The notes beneath the pieces were generated by a model that did no database searches, was not told the DNA's origin, and worked only from the letters and a program-made list of their open reading frames with translations. Below are positions 35,406-45,221 of a stretch of DNA of 64,000 bases, piece by piece (position 1 is the stretch's first letter; each line of letters begins with the position of its first letter). The stretch spans positions 29,040 through 93,039 of the forward strand of contig JACVGT010000014.1 in assembly GCA_018992685.1 (NCBI GenBank), read 5' to 3'. Origin of the DNA: Theionarchaea archaeon (GTDB taxonomy: Archaea; Methanobacteriota_B; Thermococci; Methanofastidiosales; SZ-28-30). Both the position numbers and the translations under genes were made by a program.

Positions 35406-36182
35406 CTATCTGATGTAGCCGAAATCTCCAAGTTCCTTCAACTGCTGTTGCAGTCTCTGTTTCTTCTCCATGTCCTGAACTTTCTTAATGAACTGTTCTG
35501 TCTCCTGCGCTCTCCGTTCCAGTTCAGACATGTCAACATCGATGCCCAGTATCTTGGTAAGCACTTCCAGAACGGACTTGGCTGATCTCGCGTCGATCAC
35601 CAGGTATCCCGGAGATTCTCCCAGAAGACACACTCCCTGCATCCCTCTGAGATAACCCAGTGCCAGGAGCAGTCCAGATGCACCCACAATGGCAGAACCC
35701 GGGTCTGACTTGAAGGTGATACTCGCTTCCTGATATTTTTCCACCATCTCGACGGCAGTGGCCGCTCCAAAAACCCGAGGAGTTTTGACCTCCTGCCCTC
35801 CTGTTGAGGAACCTCCCAGGGTAAACATAGTAGTCACTCCAAACTGTTCCAGATAGTCCAGAATTGCTCCCACCACTTCATAATGCCCATAGCTGTCTGT
35901 GGGCTGTGGCTGAGTGTCTCCCACAAGGATAACCAATTCGAGATTCTGTCCCTTCCAGTAATAGAACTCGTTCCTCATGGGGCGAACTGTAGAATCAGAT
36001 TCTACAACAGCCTGGTGCATGAATTGAGGGGAGTACAACTCAGCAAATTTCTCTGCATGAAGTTCTGAGATCAAATGGTCTGCTGCCAGTTTTCCAATCA
36101 ATCCAATTCCGGGTAATCCTTCAATAAGAATTGGATCATGCATTTCAATCTTCTTGAGTTCTCTAATGATGCTCCTTTTCAT
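35406..36182 (-). CDS. PAC2-family proteasome-assembly-chaperone-like protein (COG1938)
   Basis: LIEGLPGIGLIGKLAADHLI N-terminal signature and length of archaeal PAC2 proteins. Confidence 0.7.
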   Translation of the reverse strand: MKRSIIRELKKIEMHDPILIEGLPGIGLIGKLAADHLISELHAEKFAELYSPQFMHQAVVESDSTVRPMRNEFYYWKGQNLELVILVGDTQPQPTDSYGHYEVVGAILDYLEQFGVTTMFTLGGSSTGGQEVKTPRVFGAATAVEMVEKYQEASITFKSDPGSAIVGASGLLLALGYLRGMQGVCLLGESPGYLVIDARSAKSVLEVLTKILGIDVDMSELERRAQETEQFIKKVQDMEKKQRLQQQLKELGDFGYIR

Positions 36183-36332
36183 TTATTCACCTCTTTTCAG
36201 TTTTCGTCTGTATTCTCCATACTTGTCTTCTGGTGAAAATCGGGGAGGTTTTACCGTATCGGCTCTCCCTCCACATGCACAACCATCTTTTAACGTATAT
36301 GTGCCGCAGACGGTACATTTTTTCAGTTTCAT
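36183..36332 (-). CDS. nop10: H/ACA ribonucleoprotein subunit Nop10 (49 aa; below the 60-aa cutoff of the ORF track)
   Basis: Hand translation gives [49 protein letters not shown]: Zn-ribbon plus the PPRFSPED-YGEYRR Nop10 signature. 4-nt overlap with the aIF2-alpha gene upstream. Confidence 0.85.
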   Translation of the reverse strand: MKLKKCTVCGTYTLKDGCACGGRADTVKPPRFSPEDKYGEYRRKLKRGE

Positions 36333-37084
36333 TTTCGAGTGAATTTCACCTCTCCACCGTGTTCTTCGATAAATGAGGTGACACTTTCATGTATGTTCTT
36401 AAGAATATCCTCTGCCACTTTGTATTCTTCTGCTTCTATCTTCACCATATACCGGGGAGTTCCAACGAGTTGAACCGTTACTCCGTCGTCTTCTACTTTC
36501 GTCAATGCGTCTTTGATGATCTCTACTCCATTGCGCTGAGGACAGGTAACATCGAGATATCCCGTGATCTCTACTGTGGGAACCTCTATATTGGCCGCCA
36601 GGAGTTCGAAAAAACTATCTCTGCACGTTTCAGGGATGATAGACAGGAGGGTCTTCTCTCTTACCATGGCTTCCATTCCTTCCAAAATAGATTCATATTT
36701 CTTTTTTATGGGTTCAATGACACAGTTTTCTAACTCTTCTTCAGTCAACCCACTTTCTTTTTGATAGTATTCCAGAAGTTTTTCCACTTTTTTCTCCCGC
36801 TTGTACTGCTGGATCTTCCATTTTCGCTGCTGGGCAGTGGTCCTCCTCAGTGACAGATCAATGTGTCCCTTGTTGGGTACCACCTTCAAAACCTTGGTTA
36901 CCACTTTCTGGCCCTCTCTGACATGGTTTCGGATGTTTTTTACCCAGGCAGAGGAAATCTCTTTGATGTGAATCATTCCTACCTTGTCATATTCATCCAG
37001 TTTGACAAAGGCCCCGTAGGGGAATACATCGGTAACATCTCCGATGACCAGTTCTCCAACTTCTGGATACTCTTTCTTACTCAT
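36329..37084 (-). CDS. eif2a: Translation initiation factor 2 alpha subunit (aIF2-alpha)
   Basis: N-terminal S1 domain ([35 protein letters not shown]) and full aIF2-alpha architecture, 251 aa. Confidence 0.9.
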   Translation of the reverse strand: MSKKEYPEVGELVIGDVTDVFPYGAFVKLDEYDKVGMIHIKEISSAWVKNIRNHVREGQKVVTKVLKVVPNKGHIDLSLRRTTAQQRKWKIQQYKREKKVEKLLEYYQKESGLTEEELENCVIEPIKKKYESILEGMEAMVREKTLLSIIPETCRDSFFELLAANIEVPTVEITGYLDVTCPQRNGVEIIKDALTKVEDDGVTVQLVGTPRYMVKIEAEEYKVAEDILKNIHESVTSFIEEHGGEVKFTRK

Positions 37085-37245
37085 TCTAATACCTCAAGTA
37101 TGCGGGTCTTTACCAGACCTTTCCCACCTTTGGGCTCTTCGACTGTCTTGCCACACACCAGACAGCGCACCACTGAAGCAGGCCTATTAAAGATGACCTG
37201 TTCATTACCACAGTCTTCACATTTTATCCTCAAGAACTTTGACAT
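37081..37245 (-). CDS. rps27e: Ribosomal protein eS27 (S27e); 54 aa, absent from the ORF track
   Basis: Hand translation gives [54 protein letters not shown], a C4 zinc-finger S27e signature. TGA stop overlaps the aIF2-alpha ATG (ATGA). Confidence 0.85.
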   Translation of the reverse strand: MSKFLRIKCEDCGNEQVIFNRPASVVRCLVCGKTVEEPKGGKGLVKTRILEVLE

Positions 37246-37253
37246 ATGATCAC

Positions 37254-37526
37254 CTACTCGAAATCCAGTCTCTTTGTACGGAATCCTTTTTTCGTGGAAG
37301 ATCTATTGCATTCCTTGCACGTATACCGCAAATCGTGTCTTCGGGTGGGTTTTTCACCCTGGGGCTTGGCTCTGGGGTATCCACCATATCCTCTTTCTAT
37401 GCGGCGGAATCGTCTCTGACCCTGTTTCAGTTCGCCTCGTTTCCTTTTCTTCACTACTTTGATTCTATGAACAGTGTGTTTCTTGCACCATTTACAGTAT
37501 GTCCTTCGCGTCTTTGGCATTTTCAT
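37254..37526 (-). CDS. rpl44e: Ribosomal protein eL42 (L44e)
   Basis: [20 protein letters not shown] ... RYTCKECN matches the L44e Zn-ribbon protein. Confidence 0.9.
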   Translation of the reverse strand: MKMPKTRRTYCKWCKKHTVHRIKVVKKRKRGELKQGQRRFRRIERGYGGYPRAKPQGEKPTRRHDLRYTCKECNRSSTKKGFRTKRLDFE

Positions 37527-37993
37527 CAGATCACCTGTTCGATCAATCCTTTCTCTTTTAAAAGGGTTGCGATTGTCTCATCTAGAAGTACTTTTTCACC
37601 TCTCCTGTACGGTCCCAGAACTTTCAGGTCCGGTCCGTAGAATTGAGGAATATCCTGAAGGACCATTACCTTCTGGGCAGTACCTTCCTTCTGAAGTAAA
37701 GATTCCAATACATCCTTTTTAAACTTTTTGAATGTAGAGGCACATTCAGCCAAGGCAGATTCTGTCTGTAGCATGTTTTTTCGCTGTCCATAGAATATCT
37801 TTTCAGCTCTCAGATCAATCAATTCCTCTAGAACCTGCTGCATCAGGCGAAGTTTTTCAGCAGATATGATATCTGAGCGGGACTCCAGATCTGTCATATG
37901 TTCTTGAATCCTGACCAAGAAATCATGATCCAGTGAAGATAATTCAGCAGTCTCCCGTTCTTTCCGGAGTTTTTCTTCCAGTAGTTTCAGCAT
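37526..37993 (-). CDS. GINS complex subunit Gins51 (Gins15)
   Basis: Alpha-helical A-domain and a C-terminal B-domain (VLQDIPQFYGPDLKVLGPYRRGEKVLLDETIATLLKEKGLIEQV) resembling archaeal Gins51. Lies next to the PCNA gene. Confidence 0.55.
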   Translation of the reverse strand: MLKLLEEKLRKERETAELSSLDHDFLVRIQEHMTDLESRSDIISAEKLRLMQQVLEELIDLRAEKIFYGQRKNMLQTESALAECASTFKKFKKDVLESLLQKEGTAQKVMVLQDIPQFYGPDLKVLGPYRRGEKVLLDETIATLLKEKGLIEQVI

Positions 37994-37994
37994 A

Positions 37995-38729
37995 TTACTC
38001 TCGTTCTACCCGGGGAGCCAGGATAAATAGAATTTCGGCACCATCCAGTGTAAACGTTATCTTGAGAGGCATGTCATTTCCCACATCCAGGGTTACTTCA
38101 TCTTCAACCGACTTTGCAACATCAGTCAAATAGCTGAGGTTGTATGTGGACAGGGCTGGTTCAGATACCTCATACTCCAACCACTCTTTGATTTCCGTCT
38201 GTATGCTGCCTGAATCACCTTCGGCTTTCACCAAGAAAACATCAGGATCAGCCTTGAAGGTCACATTATCCGCGATAATATACGCATCTTTTATAGCGTC
38301 ATCAAACACAAAAGAAGGAAGTCTGATCTTGACTGTGGTATCCAGATGGGGTACTTTGTATTTTTCCCCACCAATAACGTCGATCAAGGGCAGTTCAAAT
38401 CGACGGACTGTCTCTCCGTCTGCCCTTTGAAAGGTGAGAGTCATTCTGGTTTCATTTGCTTCCACCGTAAGAACGTCATCTGGTCGTGAACGATTGATGA
38501 TTTTTCTGTTCTCATCCACATCCAGTCCCAGAGAAGTCTCTTCGGTGACTTCATATTCTTCAAAATGCTCCTTCCCCATATGAAAGTCCACCATGCTGAT
38601 GTGGGAGGGGTCCATAGCAGTGAATTTGATGCCCTCTGGCGCAGCCTCAATGGATACTTCCTCTATGATGCTGGCCAGAGCATTGATTATCTTTTTCCAC
38701 GTTTTGGCTTCCAGTTTTGCGCGAAACAT
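37995..38729 (-). CDS. pcn: DNA polymerase sliding clamp PCNA
   Basis: 244 aa with the two-domain PCNA pattern (MFRAKLEAKTWKKIINALASIIEEVSIEAAPEGIKFTAMDPSHISMVDF ...). Confidence 0.9.
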   Translation of the reverse strand: MFRAKLEAKTWKKIINALASIIEEVSIEAAPEGIKFTAMDPSHISMVDFHMGKEHFEEYEVTEETSLGLDVDENRKIINRSRPDDVLTVEANETRMTLTFQRADGETVRRFELPLIDVIGGEKYKVPHLDTTVKIRLPSFVFDDAIKDAYIIADNVTFKADPDVFLVKAEGDSGSIQTEIKEWLEYEVSEPALSTYNLSYLTDVAKSVEDEVTLDVGNDMPLKITFTLDGAEILFILAPRVERE

Positions 38730-39010
38730 TCCACCACCAATTGAGTCAGAGAGGGTTTTGTGTTATTTAAAGGTTTGTACTGCGAGATGTCCTCTCGGGC
38801 GCTGTGTCAGGCAACCTCTGATTCTGGGGAACATTAACAGTGCAGAAGCGCTTGGGAAGGTGACTCAGGAGAGTTCATCGAATAAGCCACGGAACCATCA
38901 TAACCGTAGTGGTTCTTCAGGGACAGAAGGCCGGACATGCAGCCACAGCACAGGTGAAAAAAGTGCATTCGAAAGGACGCGTCTCGACGCCTCTGACTCC
39001 ACGTGCAGCT

Positions 39011-40513
39011 CTATAATGGTTCAATGGTCTGAGGGGGTTTGTGAGACACAAAATAGGCGACTGACACTACCTCTGGAATTTCATTTGTTATTCTGGTGGA
39101 CATTCTCTCCAGTACATCCCAATCAACCTTCACAAAGTTGGCAGTCATGGCATCTAGCGATTGTACAATCCTTATGCCCACAACATTTCCCAGGTTTCGT
39201 TCATCTCCCACTACACCCACGACCTTGTCCTCAAACAGAACAGCAAATCCCTGCCATACCTCATTATAGAGTCCTGCGGCCTTCAATTCATCTTCCACAA
39301 TTGTGCAGGCCTTCCTGCAGATGATAATAGACTGATCATTGACTTCTCCCAGCACTCTCACAGCCAGACCTGGACCCGGAAAAGGGTGCTTCCTCAGGAT
39401 GTCATCTGGCAGTCCCAGTGTTTTTCCCACTTCACGGACTTCGTCCTTGTACAGGTCCTGCAGGGGCTCCACCACCTGTTCAAATTCCATGACCTCAGGC
39501 AGTGCTCCCACATTGTGGTGGGACTTGATGACATCAGCATGCTGCGTGATACCACTTTCGATCCTGTCAGGATAGATGGTCCCCTGTACCAGCGTGGTTG
39601 CCTTCACTTTACGAGCCTCTTCCTCAAATATTCGAATAAACTCCTCTCCAATTACTCTTCGTTTCTCTTCAGGATCGAGAACCCCTTTCAATTTTGAGAA
39701 GAACCTGTCCTTTGCAGATATGACTTCCAACGTTACCTTTCCTTCAAACCACGTTCTTACCTGCTCTACTTCACCTGCAGGAAGCAGCCCGTGATCCACA
39801 AAAACTGCTGTTAACCGTGTACCTATGGCTCTACTCACCAGAGTGGCAGCGACACTGGAATCAACACCTCCACTCAGCCCGATAACTGCATTCCCTGGAA
39901 TCTTCTCTCGTAGCTCTGCCACAGTCTGCCTGGTGAAATCTTCCAGATGCCAGTCTCTCGTTGCACCTGCAATTTCCAGAAAATTCGACAACATTTTCAT
40001 TCCATTTTCTGTGTGGTGAACCTCAGGGTGCCACTGGACTGCATACATGGTATTACAGCGGAAGGCCGCAAACTCACTGTTCTCCGTGGATGCAATCCTT
40101 GAGAATCCAGGTGGTAGTGCTTCCACCCTATCTCCATGGCTCATCCAGACTTTCTGCGTTATGTCCAGCTCCTTGAAAAGAGGATCATCTACGACAAACG
40201 CATCAGCTGTGCCGTATTCTCTCTCTTTTCCTTTTACTACCTTCCCTCCAAAGTGCTGGGCAATTAAATGCAGACCATAGCAAATCCCCAGGGTTGGAAT
40301 CTTCTCGGCGAACAGCCAATCTAAAAGTGCATCATTCCGGGGTGCATTCTCGCGATACACACTGGAAGGTCCTCCAGAAAGGATAACTGCCTCCACATCA
40401 GTGTCTGCAACATCCTGGTAGAATGGGAATATCTCTGAATACACATTGAGCTGACGAATCCGCCTGGCAATCAGGTGGGTGTACTGGCTGCCAAAGTCCA
40501 TCACGGCGAGCAT
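39011..40513 (-). CDS. guaA: GMP synthase, glutamine-hydrolysing (fused GATase + ATP-pyrophosphatase)
   Basis: GATase motifs (GICYGLH, catalytic Cys), PP-loop SGGVDSSV, full-length C-terminal dimerisation domain. Start at ATG 40513; the 42-codon upstream extension is rejected. Confidence 0.85.
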   Translation of the reverse strand: MLAVMDFGSQYTHLIARRIRQLNVYSEIFPFYQDVADTDVEAVILSGGPSSVYRENAPRNDALLDWLFAEKIPTLGICYGLHLIAQHFGGKVVKGKEREYGTADAFVVDDPLFKELDITQKVWMSHGDRVEALPPGFSRIASTENSEFAAFRCNTMYAVQWHPEVHHTENGMKMLSNFLEIAGATRDWHLEDFTRQTVAELREKIPGNAVIGLSGGVDSSVAATLVSRAIGTRLTAVFVDHGLLPAGEVEQVRTWFEGKVTLEVISAKDRFFSKLKGVLDPEEKRRVIGEEFIRIFEEEARKVKATTLVQGTIYPDRIESGITQHADVIKSHHNVGALPEVMEFEQVVEPLQDLYKDEVREVGKTLGLPDDILRKHPFPGPGLAVRVLGEVNDQSIIICRKACTIVEDELKAAGLYNEVWQGFAVLFEDKVVGVVGDERNLGNVVGIRIVQSLDAMTANFVKVDWDVLERMSTRITNEIPEVVSVAYFVSHKPPQTIEPL

Positions 40514-40571
40514 ATATCCATCAATAAGGAGAAAGCTTATAAAGATAATTGACATGCTTGTGGTTATGAAC

Positions 40572-41264
40572 ATGGTGGAGAGCATGAAGTTGAGGATACG
40601 TTCTGTAGAGTATCTGCAGATGCTCAAGAGAAAGTTCACCTATTCTCAGCTGGGTGAGATGTTTGAGCTGCCTGCCACTGTCCTCAACCGGTACATCATG
40701 GGCAGGGTCCTTCCCAATGAAGAGAGAGCAAGAGAATTCATTGCCCACTTTAGAGAGTACTACAACCTGGAGCAGGAGATACGAGACAGGATCCACTGTG
40801 ATCGCGAAGGATATTTTGACAATTCCCCTATTCTGTATGACACGCTTCTACTCTTGGAAATTGCAGATCAGGTGGCAGAACGATTCCAGGAAACAGAGAA
40901 GATTTTGACCTCTGAGACAGATGGAATCCCGGTAGCGTGCAGCATTGCAGCTCGTCTTGGAGTTGATGCTGTCTATGCCAGAAAGAACAGAGAAGTGGGG
41001 GTCACTGATTATGTTGAGGAGACCTATGTACCCAGTTCCTCAGGAAACCTCATGTCCCTGTATCTTCCCAAGAATGCAATTCAGAAGAATGAAAAAGTTC
41101 TCATAGTCGACGACGTCCTGAGATCAGGAGAAACCCAGAGAGCCCTGATTAACCTGGCGGAAAAAAGTGGAGCTTCTATTTATGGGATTTTCATGGTTAT
41201 CAGTGTGGGTGATGCAGATCTCGTGAAGGGTGAGAGTTTCTTCTCTTTGGTTACCCTTCAGTAG
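40572..41264 (+). CDS. PurR-like regulator: N-terminal HTH fused to a type I phosphoribosyltransferase (PRPP-binding) domain
   Basis: HTH-like FTYSQLGEMFELPATVLNRYIMG, then PRTase fold with the PRPP-binding loop VLIVDDVLRSGET. Divergent from guaA. Start uncertain (40554-40584). Confidence 0.5.
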   Translation: MVESMKLRIRSVEYLQMLKRKFTYSQLGEMFELPATVLNRYIMGRVLPNEERAREFIAHFREYYNLEQEIRDRIHCDREGYFDNSPILYDTLLLLEIADQVAERFQETEKILTSETDGIPVACSIAARLGVDAVYARKNREVGVTDYVEETYVPSSSGNLMSLYLPKNAIQKNEKVLIVDDVLRSGETQRALINLAEKSGASIYGIFMVISVGDADLVKGESFFSLVTLQ

Positions 41265-41451
41265 GGAATGCAAAGGTCATGCTGCCAGGTTGTATCTCTT
41301 TCTATCAGGTGTCTCAGTCATCCTCTTGGACACACATGCACCTGTTCTGGCAATCTATTAGAAGGAAAATCTGCTACCATTTACAAATGTAAGCCCTTGT
41401 ATGGTTCTGATCATGCAAAAATATATATGTTCTATTCAGAAGAAGGTAGTA

Positions 41452-41901
41452 ATGTATAAGAAGATTCTAATTGCCACAGATGGATCTGAACACTCGGAGA
41501 GAGCTGAGGCCCATGGATTGATGCTCGCCAAGAGATCTGGTGCACTGGTGACTGCATTGTACGTCGTGGAAGTGGTGCATCCTGCGCGATCCATTGGCGG
41601 TCCTCCTTCGTTGCTCCTTGAAGAGCAGAAAGAAGGGCTCATGGAAGAGGGTAAGAAAATAGTGGACAGAGTTGTGCAGAAGGGAAAAGACATGGGGGTC
41701 GAGGTGCATCCCATGGTTGAGGAGGGGCACCCCGCCCAGGAGATTATCGATCACGCCGCGGACTATGACCTGGTGGTCGTGGGCACACTGGGGAGGACGG
41801 GACTATCTCATCTGTTACTGGGGAGTGTTGCTGAGAGAGTGGTGAGACATGCACCTGCACCCGTTTTGGTGGTGAGAACTCGAAAAGATGAACCAGGCTG
41901 A
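41452..41901 (+). CDS. Universal stress protein (UspA family)
   Basis: KKILIATDGSEHS ... LVVVGTLGRTGLSHLLLGSVAERVVRHAPAPVLVV. Upstream aaaatatata TATA-like box at -26 to -35. Confidence 0.8.
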   Translation: MYKKILIATDGSEHSERAEAHGLMLAKRSGALVTALYVVEVVHPARSIGGPPSLLLEEQKEGLMEEGKKIVDRVVQKGKDMGVEVHPMVEEGHPAQEIIDHAADYDLVVVGTLGRTGLSHLLLGSVAERVVRHAPAPVLVVRTRKDEPG

Positions 41902-42088
41902 ACTCTCCGGATTCTCCCGTCTTTCTGTCCCTTTACAGCTGGCAGCTTCCACGTTGATAATGGGAATCATCGGAATGAAGGTGGGGAGATGGATATACGG
42001 GGATTTTGGGGGGGCCCTGGGATTGATGATTGGACTAATCGCAGGGTTCTTCATCTACATTGCGGTAATTGTAAAGAGAGAACAGTAG
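41888..42088 (+). CDS. Small two-TM membrane protein (hypothetical)
   Basis: 66 aa, two hydrophobic helices with Gly-rich faces. Overlaps the uspA end by 14 nt. Confidence 0.3.
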   Translation: MNQAELSGFSRLSVPLQLAASTLIMGIIGMKVGRWIYGDFGGALGLMIGLIAGFFIYIAVIVKREQ

Positions 42089-42094
42089 GTTTTT

Positions 42095-42373
42095 ATGCTC
42101 GAAGGAATAGGTACCACCATGAAGAACTGTCCTCACTGCGCAGCTTCAAACTCCGAAAAGGCTGGTTTCTGCTGGAGATGCTACAAACCACTGGATTCTT
42201 TCAGCTATGAAGGATTCATATCCCTGCGGCAGAGAATCAGAGAGAAAGTGCGGGATATTGTACAGTATAGGGATATTCGAGAGCTCCTGAGAGAGAAGAT
42301 CAAACTGCTGGCAGAGAGGGAGAGTGAGGAACGGGGTGAGCTGCTTACTGAAGGACTGCCAAGGAGTCGGTGA
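42095..42373 (+). CDS. Zn-ribbon-containing small protein (hypothetical)
   Basis: CPHC ... CWRC four-cysteine motif at the N-terminus, charged helical tail. Confidence 0.3.
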   Translation: MLEGIGTTMKNCPHCAASNSEKAGFCWRCYKPLDSFSYEGFISLRQRIREKVRDIVQYRDIRELLREKIKLLAERESEERGELLTEGLPRSR

Positions 42374-42469
42374 GAGAGGACACGTTCATACCACGAGTGT
42401 GACAGCTTCGCGGTGGACAATCTACGGGAAAGGGAAAAGCTTTTCTTATCTTCATTCTGAGGAAGGGTC

Positions 42470-43201
42470 ATGGGTTATGAAGCATCCGCACAGTACTATG
42501 ATCTTTTTGGAGAAAAACCAGATCTAGAATATTATAAACAGCTGGCAGAGAAAGCTGGAAAAGCTCTCGAGATAGGGGTTGGAACCGGGCGGGTAGCTCT
42601 GGAACTGGCGAAGGTGGGTGTTGAGGTATGGGGGATTGATAATTCCCCGGCAATGCTGAAAATCGCAGAGGCCAAAATCAAAGAATTGCCAACCCATGCA
42701 CAGGATAAGATCAAGCTTGTGCAGGCTGACATGATTTCATTTGATCTTTGTCGAAAGTTTCCACTGGCGTATATGCCATCTTCCACATTGAGCCACTGCA
42801 TCACCACGGAAGATCAGGTGAAAGCACTCCGCTGCGTCCATGATCACCTGCAAGAAGACGGGATCTTTGCATTTGACATATTGCTTCCATCCTCCAGGTT
42901 CGATGGCGCTCTCAGACCTGCTGGAAGGCAGCCAATGGGAGACCGGACTGTCATGCGGTGGATTTCCAATCGTTCAGATCCTGCAAGTCAGGTACTACAT
43001 ACGATTCTGATCTTTGAAGTGTACGAGAACAACATTCTGATAGAAAAGGTCATGGAATCTTCTACGGTGAGCCTCATCACCAGACGAGAAGTCGAGCTCC
43101 TCCTGGAGAAAGCCAACTTTGAAATTGAAACCCAGTTCGGTGACTTCTCCTACTCTGAGAATATCACTGATCTTCTGGTTATACAGGCACGAAAACCCTA
43201 A
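42470..43201 (+). CDS. Class I SAM-dependent methyltransferase
   Basis: Motif I LEIGVGTGRVALEL and motif II/post-I (VWGIDNSPAML). Confidence 0.65.
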   Translation: MGYEASAQYYDLFGEKPDLEYYKQLAEKAGKALEIGVGTGRVALELAKVGVEVWGIDNSPAMLKIAEAKIKELPTHAQDKIKLVQADMISFDLCRKFPLAYMPSSTLSHCITTEDQVKALRCVHDHLQEDGIFAFDILLPSSRFDGALRPAGRQPMGDRTVMRWISNRSDPASQVLHTILIFEVYENNILIEKVMESSTVSLITRREVELLLEKANFEIETQFGDFSYSENITDLLVIQARKP

Positions 43202-43232
43202 ACCTTTTTATTCTCCCCACAGTGGTAGTCGC

Positions 43233-44171
43233 ATGATCTGGGACATCACCATTATCGCTCTTGGATTCTTCTTTCTGTGGAAGGGCAGCGAGTACTTTGT
43301 GACGGCGGCTGCAGAAATTGCCAGGCGTATAGGGGTCTCTGATTTAGTCATCGGCCTAACTCTGGTATCGGCCAGTACCACGTTGCCTGAATTCATGGCC
43401 TCTGTCATGGCGTCCCATCTCGGATCTGGCGGAATATGTGTTGGGAATGCAGTCGGCAGCAACATAACAAATATCGCTCTCATTCTGGGAATCTGCATGA
43501 TACTTGAAGGATACCGGGTGGAACCTGTGGTATTGAAAAGGTATGGTGCTGTCCTCTTACTGGTGTGCTGTCTGTTTGTAGTTTTCTGTCTGGGTGGTGT
43601 GTCCCGTCTGGAAGGGGGTCTCCTCTTAACATTATTCTTTGTATATTTGTTTGTGTTGAGCAGGGAGAAGCATACGAGACGAGAAATGGTGGAAGTATCC
43701 ATTGAGTTGAGGGATATCCACAGGGAACCAGTGTGGAAGATACTGGTGAAATTTGTGGGAGGAGGTGCTGCTATCTTCATAGGAGCACGGTATCTGGTCC
43801 AGTCAGCTCTGAACATTGCTGCTGCGTTGCAGGTACAGGAATCAGCCATCGGGGCTACTATTGTGGCATTGGGGACATCATTGCCCGAATTCGCAGTAGC
43901 ACTGAGAGCTTTGAAGGAGGATTTTGAGGAGATATCAGTAGGGAATATTCTAGGTGCCAACACGTTCAATATATTGTGGGTTGTTGGGGTTTCTGCATTG
44001 GTGAGACCTTTGGCCCTGGACAGCAACCTACTGTACTTCAATATACCCATGATGATGGGAGTTACCCTGCTCCTTCTAGGATTCATGAGCAGGGGGTATC
44101 AGTTGAGGAGATGGCAGGGCATGTTGTTCGTAGGATTGTATTTGCTGTTTGTGATAACTAATTTTGTGTGA
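43233..44171 (+). CDS. Ca2+/cation antiporter (CaCA family, YrbG/NCX_Mj-like sodium/calcium exchanger)
   Basis: Two alpha-repeat regions (GLTLVSASTTLPEF ; GATIVALGTSLPEF) and about 10 TM helices. Start at ATG 43233; the upstream in-frame extension is rejected. Confidence 0.75.
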   Translation: MIWDITIIALGFFFLWKGSEYFVTAAAEIARRIGVSDLVIGLTLVSASTTLPEFMASVMASHLGSGGICVGNAVGSNITNIALILGICMILEGYRVEPVVLKRYGAVLLLVCCLFVVFCLGGVSRLEGGLLLTLFFVYLFVLSREKHTRREMVEVSIELRDIHREPVWKILVKFVGGGAAIFIGARYLVQSALNIAAALQVQESAIGATIVALGTSLPEFAVALRALKEDFEEISVGNILGANTFNILWVVGVSALVRPLALDSNLLYFNIPMMMGVTLLLLGFMSRGYQLRRWQGMLFVGLYLLFVITNFV

Positions 44172-44387
44172 GAAGCTGGGACAACCAGGACCTGCTGACG
44201 GTGGGAGTGGTGCAGAGCTTCTGTTGACAGAAGTACCAGTGGTTTTTTGAAGGTGAGAACACTGAATTTATGGCGGAGGACACTATAGATGGGCTGTATG
44301 CAGTACCTCTCTTGAGAGATTTCAGGTGGTCGTTGATGGATCACGGTAGAACCTCTACGTTTAAAAAGAGATGTCCCATGACTATGC

Positions 44388-45221
44388 ATGGATATTTGGG
44401 AAGCTTCTGAATACGCATGTATCATTGAGGCAGGAACCTTCAAACCCGGAAACGTGCATTCGAGACGAGAAGAGTTTCTGGATTTTGTGATGAGTGCTCT
44501 CCTGCTGGGAAAGAGCATTCGAAACATGCTGAGCCAGAATGAGATACACATGGGAAAATTCATTAGGGAAGCAGTAATGGAAAGGTCAAGAGTGGTGCCT
44601 TCGAATACGAATTTGGGAATTATCCTGCTTCATATTCCACTTGCGGTGGCAGCTTCGGTAAATCGAAAAAACATGCAACAGGCTCTGGATACACTAGTTC
44701 GTACCGCTACAGTAGGGGATGCTGAGCATGTGGCCGAGGCTCTCAGGATTTCAAACGCACGCCTGGGAACTCCTTTGGAGGGTCCTGACATGAGGAATGA
44801 ACAGGTTGCTGTTGAAATCCACAAGAAGGGGCTGACTTTGCCTGATTTGTTTTTGCTGTCTTCCTCCTGGGATATGATAGCATCGGAGTGGGTAACAGGG
44901 TTTCCAATCACCTTTTCATGCGCAAAGAGGTTGGTGGAGGGTGATTCTGTCCTCAGTGTGTACATGGACATACTCTGTAACTACCCTGACTCACTCGTAC
45001 AGCGGAAATTCGGGAAAGAAGTGGCAGAAAGAATCAGGTCAGACGCAGCGAACATGCGTTCTGTTGAGGACATGAAGGAATGGGATGCATTGCTACACAC
45101 TGAGGGGATCAATCCTGGGACGACAGCAGATCTGGTGGCATCCAGTATTTTTGTTGCTCTCCTGGATGACGAGAGTCTGCTCCAGAGGTTGGTGAAAGAC
45201 ACCCGTTCTTATCAGCACTAG
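44388..45221 (+). CDS. CitG/MdcB-family triphosphoribosyl-dephospho-CoA synthase-like protein
   Basis: AGTFKPGNVHSRREEF resembles the CitG KPGxV(D/H)R motif. Length fits the family. Confidence 0.45.
   Translation: MDIWEASEYACIIEAGTFKPGNVHSRREEFLDFVMSALLLGKSIRNMLSQNEIHMGKFIREAVMERSRVVPSNTNLGIILLHIPLAVAASVNRKNMQQALDTLVRTATVGDAEHVAEALRISNARLGTPLEGPDMRNEQVAVEIHKKGLTLPDLFLLSSSWDMIASEWVTGFPITFSCAKRLVEGDSVLSVYMDILCNYPDSLVQRKFGKEVAERIRSDAANMRSVEDMKEWDALLHTEGINPGTTADLVASSIFVALLDDESLLQRLVKDTRSYQH

Noticed and set aside
40514-40639. 42-codon N-terminal extension of guaA (hydrophobic MNFLLSICRYS...)
   Set aside because: Overlaps the divergent PurR-like gene region. The conserved GATase start MLAVMDFGSQY is at 40513.
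44172-44387. Structured RNA suggested by the inverted repeat GAAGCTGGG...CAGAGCTTC
   Set aside because: Single short inverted repeat with no recognisable SRP/RNase P conserved motifs; most likely the promoter/5'-UTR region of the CitG-like gene.
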